Source of the DNA: Lepidodermella squamata
Lineage: Eukaryota > Animalia > Gastrotricha
Direction: 5' to 3'
Assembly: GCA_047495785.1 (NCBI GenBank)
Contig: JBLDXI010000010.1
Span: 1,364,001-1,428,000 of the forward strand
Length of the DNA: 64,000 nt
The notes beneath the pieces were generated by a model. The model was given only the letters and a program-made list of their open reading frames with translations, was not told where the DNA came from and did no database searches. Positions within the stretch are counted from its first letter, which is position 1, and every line of letters begins with the position of its first letter. Shown here one piece after another: positions 33,063 to 44,539 of the stretch. The translations under genes and the position numbers were made by a program.

Positions 33063-34069
33063 ATGAAGCTACATATTTATACCTTCATTTTTATGATATC
33101 TTTTTCACTGGCTAAAAGTGGTAAATCGGCTTTCGATTGCGATAATTTAAACTCCATTGATTGATTTATTTCTTAAAAGTCAGCCAGAAAAACGACGATC
33201 TCATGGATGCGGTAAAAAATATCGATGAAATTCGTGTCGAAGCTCTTTTGAACGAAGGCGCGGATCCTAATGCGTTGGATAAAGATGGCAATACGCCGCT
33301 TCATGTCGCCGCTTCGAATGACGACGCGGAAATTGTTATGCTGTTGCTATCGCACAATGCTGATACTATCAAACTCAACCGGGAAAATCACACCGCGCTT
33401 TATGAGGCCCTTAAAAAGTGCTTGCAGAAAACGTCTGATATTCTGGCTAAGATGGCTAGTGGAGACCCAGCTTTACGAAGACATGATCCTGAAAAAGGAC
33501 TTACTCTACTCCATCTCGCGGCGGGCTGTGATATTGCATCTGCTGCGCAATCCTTGGCACATCTTGGGGCCAATCTGGAACTTGCGAATGACGAAGACAT
33601 GACTCCTTTAGTCTACGCGTGCTATAAAAAGGGATGGAAAGTGGCAAAGGTTTTGATCGAAACCGGTGCTTATGTCAACGCTGGGGCGTATTATTACAAT
33701 GACAAAAACGCCTTGAATTACGCCGCTGGGCATAACAACATTGACATGATGAAGTTTCTCTTGCAAAACCGCGCGGAAATTGAAGGTCAGGGCCGGGAAA
33801 CTCCGTTTTTGAGCGCGTGTTACGGAAATGCGAAGGAAGCGGCTGAATTTCTGCTGCATCACGGCGCCGACAAGAATAGGAAACACCCTAACGGCAACAA
33901 CTGTTTGCACTTCATCAACGAACAAAATGGCAGTTACAGCTTTTTTAGATCTATGGTCGAGCGCGGTGTTGATATCAATGCTGTTGGTAATCAGGGAAAA
34001 ACCGTTCTTGGCACTGCAACAAATCCAGAAATAATCGCTTACTTAAAGTCACTCAATGCAAAGCCGTGA
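33063..34069 (+). CDS. Ankyrin-repeat protein with signal-peptide exon (315 aa, 2 exons), paralog of 31208-32551
   Basis: Exon 33063-33120 encodes MKLHIYTFIFMISFSLAKS; intron 33121-33179 joins in frame. Aligns with the C-terminal ~60% of the upstream ankyrin protein (DGNTPLH, HT.L.E.L..C, ETPF..AC). Confidence 0.85.
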
Positions 34070-34276
34070 AATGATCAGGCCAACTTTTATTAAGCCTAAT
34101 TCAGGAAAAATTATAATATCAGCTTGTTTGTCTCATAGATGTGCTTCTTAAGTTGTTTTCTTGTGTTTGTAATGAGAATGCCTGATCAATTTTATTTCAT
34201 TATTGTTTTCCTGTTCGCAAAATAAAAAAAAAACATTGTAAGCTTTACTTCTCCTTTCATTTATTCCTCAGAAGAG

Positions 34277-35152
34277 ATGGATCCTCAAACTCCGCATGAC
34301 ATAAAACGAGAGGTTGTGTCTTTCTTCAAGGAGGCCTTCGATGCCGACCATCCTATCAAAGATGAGGACTTCTACGACTCAGCTGCTTGGGTTCTCATCG
34401 TCGGCGGTATCGTCATATTTATTTTCCTTATAGTACTAGCAATCGACTATTACCGGCATCTTCAAAGAACCGGAATTCTCGGCGAAAAAGCTTACTATCA
34501 AGCAATGCTGCGTCAGGCGAGCGAACGGAAAGCTGCGAAAACTAGTCGATGTTCTGGATTATTTTCGTGCGCGGAACGACAAAGTTTGAACACAGAAATA
34601 GGCACAAAGTCCAGGGTTGAGTCTGGTCATCACGTCTCGGCTCGAATGGGTCCGATTGACAGAATATTTAGGCGAGGACATACCAACCAAGATGAAGCCT
34701 CCCAGACACCTAGACGACTGGCTTTTTCTGCTCCGGATCTCAACAGGAACGAAATCTCAATCGAGCTAGCATGTCAACGCAATTGTTCTGCGTCGCAGCA
34801 GGAAGGAATCAAGGACTCGCAACAGCTGAGCTCTAGAACTGATATGGCTAAGGTAGCATCGAATTGGCAGTCCACGAGCTTCTCAGACATACAATCCCTT
34901 GACGAGGTCGATCACTCATCTCGAAGCTTTTCTGTAGGAGCTAATCGGTCCTACTCAGCCGAGGCCATTCGCAGAAGAACCACCCGGATCGATCTGAGAT
35001 TCAACGCTGGAGATGTTGATCTTCATAGCCTGCTAGAAATGTTGGCAAGTCAATTTACGCTTCACGTGATGAGACGGCGGAAACGCTGGAACTGCAGGCG
35101 GAGGAACAAAACTCTGAAAAATCGAATTCATCACTCAGAAACTCTGCTGTAA
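34277..35152 (+). CDS. TM-DY family member K
   Basis: WVLIVGGIVIFIFLIVLAI-DYYRHLQRTGILG. Confidence 0.75.
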   Translation: MDPQTPHDIKREVVSFFKEAFDADHPIKDEDFYDSAAWVLIVGGIVIFIFLIVLAIDYYRHLQRTGILGEKAYYQAMLRQASERKAAKTSRCSGLFSCAERQSLNTEIGTKSRVESGHHVSARMGPIDRIFRRGHTNQDEASQTPRRLAFSAPDLNRNEISIELACQRNCSASQQEGIKDSQQLSSRTDMAKVASNWQSTSFSDIQSLDEVDHSSRSFSVGANRSYSAEAIRRRTTRIDLRFNAGDVDLHSLLEMLASQFTLHVMRRRKRWNCRRRNKTLKNRIHHSETLL

Positions 35153-35407
35153 AATCGATGCGAAAAGAAGTCAGCTTTCAGCTATCAGCCAACCGCACCT
35201 AAAAAACTCAAGTGCGGGATTTAAGAAAAAGAATGCCCTTGGTCAATCATTTGCTTTAATAATCCGTTCCGTGCTCAGCTGGACGAATTATCCAAGATAA
35301 TAAAAATGATTTAATATGCGCAGTATCGTTTTTGCGATATTAACGTTTGATTAAGACTTATATCTAGCCATTGGTCATCGCGCTCATTTAAAAGTCATTT
35401 ATGCTTA

Positions 35408-36247
35408 ATGATGAATTCCTCAGAGAATGTACCCCTGTCAGGACTTTTTCGCGAGCTTGCACGAAATTTATCGACCGATGATTCCGATGGCTCGGTAACT
35501 AAGGTGGAAGTGGTGTTCGAACGGAACGAGTTGAATATGTTCCTATTCTCAGCTGTCTACGTTGTTGGCATTGGCGGAATTGTTATTGTCATGCTTGTTT
35601 GTGCGATGCTCCATGATTACTACAAAATCTTCAGCAATGTGAAAATTTTCTCCGATGACGAAAACTCATTCAAACAAAGAAGGAGGAGCGTTGTTCCAGT
35701 TAAGAAGAATCCGCATGCGGCGTCGCGAATGATGGCATCTGGATCTAATCAGGACATGGCCTCTGGAAACTTTGCACGAAGAAATTTTCTCAGCCCACGG
35801 CCTGTTGAGAGAAGTAGCTTGGAGGCAGATATCAAGACCCTTACTCCTGTATCCATGATGGAAGAAATCGACTGTGGCCTGTTTCAAACTTTCTCGGATC
35901 CTTTCAAGTCGCGTGACGAATGTGGGTCGCCCCGCTCTTGCGATTCCAGTGTATGGGGAAGTACTGATTCTGACTCTGGTCATCCTAATTCGAACCCTGA
36001 ATCTATCGGAAAGCGCGAATCACCGATAAGATATCCAAGCTTTGTACAAATGCCGGAGAGCCAAACACCAACACGTACCGATTCAACATTTTCTTTTTGT
36101 GAAAATGAGCGCCGTTTGCAGGAAGAAATCGCTGCCGGCAATAATGGCCTCGATAAAGATTCTGGAGGTTGGTCGCTTTTAGGCTCAATCAAAAGGATGT
36201 TGTCAAAATTTCTGAATCGCAACCGGGTTCAGCAAGACATGTGTTGA
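35408..36247 (+). CDS. TM-DY family member L (divergent)
   Basis: YVVGIGGIVIVMLVCAMLH-DYYKIF; Ser-rich tail ending in an amphipathic segment LLGSIKRMLSKFLNRNRVQQ. Confidence 0.7.
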   Translation: MMNSSENVPLSGLFRELARNLSTDDSDGSVTKVEVVFERNELNMFLFSAVYVVGIGGIVIVMLVCAMLHDYYKIFSNVKIFSDDENSFKQRRRSVVPVKKNPHAASRMMASGSNQDMASGNFARRNFLSPRPVERSSLEADIKTLTPVSMMEEIDCGLFQTFSDPFKSRDECGSPRSCDSSVWGSTDSDSGHPNSNPESIGKRESPIRYPSFVQMPESQTPTRTDSTFSFCENERRLQEEIAAGNNGLDKDSGGWSLLGSIKRMLSKFLNRNRVQQDMC

Positions 36248-37506
36248 GAACGAGTCGAACAATATAAGTCTCCAGTAGCCTAATCACGATTATTTACCTC
36301 AGAATTAGACTTGCTAATAATTCCCTATGAAAGGTAATTGTTGTAAATTCATTAAAGAAGCAATAGGTATTATACGGAAGATTACTTCATTGCTAACGTC
36401 ACATTGGTTTCCCGATTCAATATTGAATAAAACTTGACAAGGAGCATTTATTACAGATCTTTTGTTCGTGATTCTCGTTTTTCTTGAAGCGATTGATTGA
36501 GTCTTAATCGAATAAAAAAGAATCGACCAGATTCGATAGAGTTATAAATTTCAGATAAAACAAGTATAACGTAAAACCGCTGTCTTTGACTCGGAAAGCC
36601 TTTTTTAGAAACAATGGAGGTAAGTTTCGACGACGGAAGTTCAATAGCCACAAACCTTTCGAGACAATCAAGTTTTTTTTAATTTTTTATGACTTTATTG
36701 GTCCTAATCGATTTTTTGTACCAAATGAGATCATGATTAAGTGCATCACAATACGCAGACGTGGAATCACGTGGTGCAGCCCAAATTCAATACGACCTTT
36801 GTCTGATGAGCTATTACTGCCCGAAAAATTGTCTATTTCTGAGTTTAGCAAAAAATGAATCCTGCTTTTTTACTGCAAATTTCGCGTCTGTGTTTGGCAG
36901 TCGACCATCGACCTTGAGGCAGCCCCAAGCCGCGCATTTTAGAACCCTGGAACGGAAAATTAGTTCATGCAGGGTAGGTATTTGATTTTCTCGCTACAAG
37001 AATGATACTAGAACGCCCGATTAATTCGATCCCAGAACCGATTTTCAAAATCCGATCAATCGTGATTAAAAAGCAAATTCTGCGCATCAATATAATCAAG
37101 CACTATAGTAAGTTGACATAAGTTGGAAAGACGAATGCTCTTTTTAACGTGACTAACCTTGAGCTGTTTTGTTCCAAACAAATTCTTCAGCCCACAGTCG
37201 AACCTTGACGAGCATCTATTTTCACCGTGACTTCCGCTTTGAATGCCCTGATGCGGAAGCGTTTTCGAGATAGCGTTTTCATGTCATGATTCAAAACGCG
37301 TTTTATTTCGCTGATTCACCTTTGCGTCGCACTAAAGACAAAACGGGAGCATGATCAATTATAATTCCATCGATATCAATTAGTCTCAGAAAAGGCATTC
37401 GATAGCCCTCTTCATACCGGCGTGCATCAGCCTTAACGCTCGATTTATTTTTGCTTCGAACCTCATAAAACGCGACATTTTATTTCAAAACACTCCATTC
37501 TTCCCC

Positions 37507-38904
37507 ATGAATAAGCTATCGCAAATATTTTTTGTGAACTCAGCAACTACAGAGGACGATTACGTTGAAACACGCGCTTGGACGATGCAATCTCAGAGAC
37601 CGATGTTAAACTTGGACGCAATGCGGATAAAATCCGAGTCGAATATCAGCTTTCAGGATTCATCCAGTGCCAATTTCATTGTTGTTCTATCGGTCGGCTG
37701 TGTTGTCTTGGTCATAATTCTGGTAGTTGTAGTATGGGACTACTGTCTCCATCTACATCGAAGCGGGGTGTTTCGCCACATATCGAGAGAGGAACGGCGG
37801 AGAAGCAGAGCTAGATTTTACGAAAGAGTGAAACATCGCGAGTCGAAGCGAAGAACTGGGGCAGTTTTTATTACGGAGGATCCGCAGTCAGTCTCGACCC
37901 ATTGGCGAGTTGGCGGTGGCCATATAAGAGCTAGCGATGCAGACTCGTCAATCAACCTTAAAGAACTACCGTGCCCCTTTTCTCCGAACCACTCACCAGG
38001 CGATGCGTCAATTCGCTCAAGTTTCAGGGAAAGATCCAGTACACAAGGGAAAGATTCATTCAGCAACCGATTATCGCCATTTCGAAATCGTGGGAGCGCG
38101 ATTCAAGATTCTGACCCAGATGCTACGCTTAATCAATTTTCATCCTTATCATCATTTACAATGGATGAATCGGATGCATCGACAAGTTGTGGACTCGAAA
38201 TGTCGCAGAAGGAGTCTTTGATCAAGCAAATAAGTCCTGACAGTGCTGTTACTACTTCAAGTAACAACACCACTTATCGAATGCGGGTTTCTCTGGAGGA
38301 CGAAACAAAAGGCAGGCCGATAACTCAATTGAATGATATGATTCTAGTGAGAGCGCAGTTTCTCGCGCCACCCAAGCCTACTTATAGGAGTATGAAAAAC
38401 CATGTGAGCCAAAAGTCAAAAAGTTGGGACGACCTACCCTCGACGCGCTTGCTTCCCGACCCGATTTCAAGGGATGAATACAGCGATACTGGCTCGCCAA
38501 AGCCGAATGGTACAGACGCATTCAGGCGGCTCAAAGGGCAATCATTCGACGGAGTAAATTTGCCGCCTCCCATCCCAACATTCAATCTAGATAGGCGATT
38601 TTCTGTTTCTGACCAAAATACAACAACCGTGTCTGAGTTGTTCCTGCAGAAGTATCAAATGTTTCTACTCGAACGTTCAAAGCAACGCAAGAAAGCTGAG
38701 ATCCTATACAAGAAACGGCGTCGCATGGCAGCTTTCGAGGGAGTAGTCGCTCCAAACCCTATGGAACACAAGCGGACTTTCCCTCCGGGTAATCAAAACC
38801 GACGCCGTTCTTTCGGCCATGGCGAAGAAGGCCCAAGAAAGACAAAAATGTTAATCCATGCAATGCGAATACCACTTTCCAAGAATTCTTCATTATTACA
38901 CTGA
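37507..38904 (+). CDS. TM-DY family member M
   Basis: VVLSVGCVVLVIILVVVVW-DYCLHLHRSGVF; KYQMFLLER; C-terminus KTKMLIHAMRIPLSK (matches member A). Confidence 0.8.
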   Translation: MNKLSQIFFVNSATTEDDYVETRAWTMQSQRPMLNLDAMRIKSESNISFQDSSSANFIVVLSVGCVVLVIILVVVVWDYCLHLHRSGVFRHISREERRRSRARFYERVKHRESKRRTGAVFITEDPQSVSTHWRVGGGHIRASDADSSINLKELPCPFSPNHSPGDASIRSSFRERSSTQGKDSFSNRLSPFRNRGSAIQDSDPDATLNQFSSLSSFTMDESDASTSCGLEMSQKESLIKQISPDSAVTTSSNNTTYRMRVSLEDETKGRPITQLNDMILVRAQFLAPPKPTYRSMKNHVSQKSKSWDDLPSTRLLPDPISRDEYSDTGSPKPNGTDAFRRLKGQSFDGVNLPPPIPTFNLDRRFSVSDQNTTTVSELFLQKYQMFLLERSKQRKKAEILYKKRRRMAAFEGVVAPNPMEHKRTFPPGNQNRRRSFGHGEEGPRKTKMLIHAMRIPLSKNSSLLH

Positions 38905-40694
38905 AATAAACGCATTCACGTATTTGCTTATTATGTATATCATTAGGTATTACTCGTTTAATTGCTTGGATCGATCGAGATGGATGTTTTCTCACCACCA
39001 TGTCATTAATCGCATGAAGGACACCTTGGATATTTCTTCTTGTATATGATGCCGGCCATCGATTTGGTATGTTGAGTCTACACCGGGCGTGGCGGAATTT
39101 GTATTTTTTCGACGCGCACCGAATGAGTGTCGTGTGAGAAAGCACGCCGCTGTTTACGCGATTATTCGCATTACTACGCGCGATGATGATGAAATTGATG
39201 CAGCGAGACAGGTGAGACGCATTAGCAGTTTTGTACACACCTTGGTCGCAGCTATAGCTATAAGTACTACTGGCAAAGGAGGATGTAGTCAGGCCGGAAG
39301 GTACTGCCTCTTCCCAGCTTGTATCTCCATTTCATCCTGTCGAGGGCCATTCGCATCTTAATGCACGATTTTTTATTGATCCAACTAAAATTTACACGTT
39401 TGGTTAGAACAATTATTGAACCATTTTCTTCCTTCTTGGGCATCACATTCTTAATTTTTTTAAATGAAAACACCTTAATTGATGTCTGAAGTTACCTTCA
39501 TTTTTCAAGGGATCCGTAGCACGAAACTGACCCTCTATTTCATTAACTATATGTGTCCCTTAAATTGTTACTATCATGGGAATCTGTAGTTTCATTAATA
39601 ATTTTCCATTGAGCGAAATGGGCTCTAATATCTAGGCCGCATACCTCTTAGGGGGAAACCCGAGGCTAATTTTCGCTTTACAATATCCGCATCGGAACAG
39701 AAAAAAATTGTCTGGGCGCCTAAAAATAGTTGTCGGAAGTTGAGGCCGCGAAATAATTGATCCTCAGAGTGCGCGTGAAAAGGTCGCGCTCTAATAAAAT
39801 TGTAGGAGCGCGCCACCAATAATAAAGCCATTATCGCATTAGGCCAACACGCTTTTATTACTATCAATAACACACAAGGAAAAACGGCCAGAATTCATCT
39901 AGGCGTCGCGAGCCGTGAGGAATAATATTGTGGGTAGTCGCGAATTTTATACATAGTACATAAGCGATCAGTTTTATCATGCCGAACAAACAGAAAGCGA
40001 CGCGCGTGGCCCTTTGTTTGCTAAACGAGCCGTGTGTATGCGGCCACTGACAATTTAATATCGATCGCGCGACATTATACACACTGATCAGTAGGTATGC
40101 ATGAAGAATGAATAGCCGCGGCGTTCGCCTTTTTCCGCTTTTTTTGCTTTGTTTTTAATAGACATTAATATTACATTTCGCTACTATCGAACGCCGTGTT
40201 TCTACTCGCGTATATTCTAATGTCATTGTTTATCTCGCTTATGAAAATTCCATTTTTTTCTGTACTATTTCAAGCGTGAGGCGCGAATGCCGGAAATTTT
40301 AGCGTCGCGTTGCCACTTTTTAATGACCCTCGTAAAAATCACTTGAAATATTTTAGATATATTTTTTATTATAATAATATTATTGCTATAATTTATTAAT
40401 AATGATGCGGCACGTCGCGCAGCTTATTGTTGCCTCGTGATAATTTCCGATAATTGGCACTCGCACTATGTGATATTATACACGTCAATATGATCGCTGC
40501 TAGTACGCCTACTGTTACACTATTCATAGTATAAATTTTTCTATATCGAATTTTTCGCAGCGATCCCGGCCGTCTATGCACTGCTACTACTACAACTACT
40601 ACTTCAACTCGAGAGTGTCGACTCCGCTGCCAGTCCTACGCAACGCCCGAAGAAAAGCGGTGTAGGAGGCAGCAACCGGCGTAGACCCACTCAG

Positions 40695-42593
40695 ATGACA
40701 ACCATAGCTGTTAATCCAAATCAGCCGCTCTACGTCAACACCGAGCAACGGAATGCAATATCAGCGCAAATTGAACCGCAGAATTTGGCAACGTCACCAT
40801 TTCTTGTCCTTTCGATCGGTTCTTTCATTTTATCAGTCGCTGTTGCTGTTATGCTTTTCGACTACTGTAAACACCTTAAACGGAGCGGTGTTTTCGACCG
40901 GCATCGCAGCAAATCTACGTACAACAAGTACCGAGAAGAGGCATTGAAAACTGTCGGGGAAATACCAAGTCAAGTTGACGTTTTAGGCCCTAAGCTCATC
41001 ACTGAAATTGGAGCCGTTTCTTCCGAAGACACGGAGCCTCTTGTCCCAAAAATCGACTCGCCCCCTGAAACAGGAAGTGAAAACAAAGGGCTGGAAATTG
41101 ATGAGAGAAAGGAAACAGCTCCTGTTTCTTCGAACTCCTTTACTCGGATTTCATCCCGCTCAGCCTCGAGAGGGTGCTTTGTTAAACAAGCATCTCTCGA
41201 ATCGTCAAGCCAGCCAAGATTCCTTACTCCGAAGGCTCGTTTGATTGAGACTTCGAAAAGTAACTCTCAAATGGCGTTACTACTCAAGAATTATGGGACA
41301 TTCGACTCAGAACTTGAGCTTCAGTTTTTCAACGAGACAATTCCTGCTATTGATTCTGTTACAAGATACCTACCAATGAAAGGCCTTACAGTCTCTCAGA
41401 ATTTGTTGCTGAAAGCTGAATCGATTGATGAGAATTCCGTGTACTCCATAACTCCAAATCTGCCGTTGAGTACACATGTCTCGATGGGTTCAGTTCATCA
41501 ATCTTCATCCAGCCACACCCTGAAATCTTCGTCTAGAATGGATGATTCATCCACTGCTGCGATTTTCATCGGCGGAGATACAGGGTCTGATACCGATATT
41601 CAAAACTCATCGTCATGCTCGTCCTACCTAGTTCTTCCCGGCATTACAAAACAAATAACGATGGAAGATTCGCCTGAGAAAGAAGTCGAGATAGATAGAA
41701 CTCATCGATCAATTCTTAAAGATCAATATCTCAACTCATCGACAGATCCATTGTTGATCGACACGCCGCGGCATGCAAGTGAAAGTTCGATAGCCGTGCA
41801 GAGGGGCAGTTGTAACTCACACCCTGCTCATATGACGGAGCGAGCTAACAGCGATACAGTCGATCTGATGCGATCAGCAGCTCAACAACACAGATTTTTA
41901 TTCACCGGCATTAGCGCCGATGCAATAGCCAACAACAGCAGCTTATCAGTATCTTCCAATTCTACGACAATGCAGCGAACCCCTAATGCCATGTCAAGTC
42001 AGACCTATCTCAGCCCGCCAAAGTTTCTTGCTCTGTCTTGTAAGAAATCTACGAGTGATACCTCAGGATTAGTCGATATGTCTAGTCGGAATAAAACCGA
42101 GCCTATAAGCCCTACTCCCAGCCCTATGTCTTCAGATGAAGCTAGTCTATCAATGACTCGAGCCGCTTGGAGTAGCGCCTCAAGTTACGTTTCTATCTTA
42201 GAGAGTGACAACATCCTTATTCAGTCGCCATCCTCCAGGAGGAGTAAAAGTAGCAGTAAGCTCAGTGGAAGTGTTGGCTCGAGGCATTCAAGGCGTTTAA
42301 TGCGCCAGGCCGCTTCTCCAATGTATCAAACCGCCCTGGATAAGATGACAGCGAGAATGGCTGAGTTGTATCAATTTGCTAAGCCGCAGAAGCCTGAACG
42401 AGTCACATCTTTCAACGACGTGTCCGAGGAGGATAAGCGGAAACTGCTGTTAAGCGAGGCTCAAAGCAGGCGGAAGCGAGCTGAGGCCATTCGGCGGTTG
42501 AAACGGCGCTCCCAGCGCCCAGGTAGTCCGTCAGAACGCATCAGAGCGAGATTGCTTATCAGCACGTTACGGGTCACGCAAAAGCAAAAGTAA
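40695..42593 (+). CDS. TM-DY family member N
   Basis: LVLSIGSFILSVAVAVMLF-DYCKHLKRSGVF; YGTFDSELELQ; C-terminus RARLLISTLRV. Confidence 0.8.
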   Translation: MTTIAVNPNQPLYVNTEQRNAISAQIEPQNLATSPFLVLSIGSFILSVAVAVMLFDYCKHLKRSGVFDRHRSKSTYNKYREEALKTVGEIPSQVDVLGPKLITEIGAVSSEDTEPLVPKIDSPPETGSENKGLEIDERKETAPVSSNSFTRISSRSASRGCFVKQASLESSSQPRFLTPKARLIETSKSNSQMALLLKNYGTFDSELELQFFNETIPAIDSVTRYLPMKGLTVSQNLLLKAESIDENSVYSITPNLPLSTHVSMGSVHQSSSSHTLKSSSRMDDSSTAAIFIGGDTGSDTDIQNSSSCSSYLVLPGITKQITMEDSPEKEVEIDRTHRSILKDQYLNSSTDPLLIDTPRHASESSIAVQRGSCNSHPAHMTERANSDTVDLMRSAAQQHRFLFTGISADAIANNSSLSVSSNSTTMQRTPNAMSSQTYLSPPKFLALSCKKSTSDTSGLVDMSSRNKTEPISPTPSPMSSDEASLSMTRAAWSSASSYVSILESDNILIQSPSSRRSKSSSKLSGSVGSRHSRRLMRQAASPMYQTALDKMTARMAELYQFAKPQKPERVTSFNDVSEEDKRKLLLSEAQSRRKRAEAIRRLKRRSQRPGSPSERIRARLLISTLRVTQKQK

Positions 42594-43766
42594 TCAATCC
42601 GCTTTCGAGCAGGCTGCATTTTACAGCAATTATTTTCTGATTTTATCATCTATTTATATCTGATTATATAATGAATATTTACTACTAACTACGAATCTTC
42701 AAATGTTCATCTCAATAAAATGCCACGATTTTCTTCCAGAAATTGATGCCTTTGGATATCATGAGTAAATGTAGCCATAGTAACAGGCGTAGAGACAAGG
42801 CTCCCTTGCCGATAAGCATGTATTTAGTGGTAAGTTAAAGGGTAATTATATGTTAGAGAATGTTCTTTACATGGCCTGAGCAATCTTCATTACCCAAAAG
42901 ATGTCTTGAACTTCGAACTTGTGCAAATTGTCATAGCAGCAGGCAGCAGGAATAGGTGAGATATGAGCACCAGTTGTCCAGACTTCTTGAAATATTACGA
43001 CTCAGTATTTTACGGCTTTTCATAATTTTTCCTTTGTTTTTCAGTCCTTTGTTTGACTGGTAAATTGATATTATCTGAGCAACTTTGCAAATTCTTTATA
43101 GAAACATTGGTTCTTTCTGATGTAAGACTTGCTCATGTCGTGGGCGATGACAATTTTTTGTTATTAGTTGTTCAGCTCGAAATTGCACTCCTTCAACCGC
43201 ATGATTTCATTAGTATTTTTTCGCCTGAAATTTGTGGAACCTTATTTTGAATTTATGTCGAATGCATGACCGCATATATTTAGATCATTACTTCGGCGCG
43301 CCCCGATATTGAGGATCAGGCTTCGTACAGTAATGTTGCAAGAAATTTGAATGTAAATCGGTGTTCCGATTACGAGGGATATTTTGCGAAAAAACGTGAG
43401 GGTCCCCCATATGATTGACAATTTTTTGGCTCAAAAATACTCGAGTCCCCTCTAGTCGTCTAATTCTAGAAAATTCTGAAAAATGTGGTTTTGGTCACAA
43501 ATTATTTAAAAATTTAGTTTAGGAAAACAAACATTTAGTTTTCCAATCAAATCAGATTTTGTTCCGCTGAAAACACCCGGTATTTACCTCAAAACCTGTG
43601 GGAATGTCAGGAATCAATGCCAATATTGCCAACTATTTGTTCTCCAATTTGTTCATTCAAACCCTCCTTTTCAGAGAAAATCGATTGTTTTCGCCGCGCG
43701 CAATCCATGAGAATAGGTCAAAACAACTATGCATGATCCTATTAATCAATTCGGTATTATTTAATG

Positions 43767-43800
43767 TAATAGGGTATTAAGAATAATAGGGTATTAAGAA
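43767..43800 (+). repeat. 17-bp direct tandem duplication
   Basis: taatagggtattaagaa x2. Confidence 0.8.
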
Positions 43801-44539
43801 TGGGTCATAGTGCCTTCTCGATTTTAATTACCCAGCAACCAGCCTGTAATTTCTTAGTAATATGAGAGGTCCAAGTAAAGATAGCTCTTTTAACTATTGA
43901 TTTCCGTTTACTCGTGAGATTTATTAAAGGATGCCGTAATTTCAAAGCTCCCATTACATTTACATTTACATAAAAAAAACAATGAAAAACAAACAGCAAA
44001 AGGTGTGAAAAGTCACACTTTTGTTGCATCTGCAAGTTGGAACTGATTACAAAAATCTCCTCTGTTTTTTCTGCGAGTAGAGGCGTCTCATAACAACTTC
44101 TCATGCCTTTGACCATCTTCACCGCATTAATTTGCATTTCTATTTCATAGCTCTGACTGCCGGTACCTTAGTTTTTTGTGGTTAGTGATATCAAGCCTCG
44201 AATTACTGAGGCGATTGCTATAGCGTATTTTCGGAGATAAGGTGAGAACCAGTGGGCGGCCTGTGATCGCGCGATCAATGGCTCTCATACACACCAGTTC
44301 ATAACCCGTGTCGTCACATGATTTGATACGATGTTGTCTCAGAATAAATAATTCAAGTAGGAATATCAGTGCCTCGATGGCTCGCCCAAGTTTTCTACAG
44401 TGTAGTAGCACTGAAACGCAGCTGCATAGTAAATGATCCGCTCGACGCGCCGTGATTGCTTTAACGATCGCGTGAGATAGTAGTATCAGACACGACGGCG
44501 CACTAGAATCGCAAATCGCTATCCATTCTTAGCTGCGAC

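Noticed and set aside
36281-37068. Possible MITE bounded by TAATCACGATT inverted repeats
   Set aside because: Only 11 bp match and no convincing TSD.
38759-39473. Short ORFs downstream of member M
   Set aside because: No motifs, no paralog similarity and no convincing splice context.
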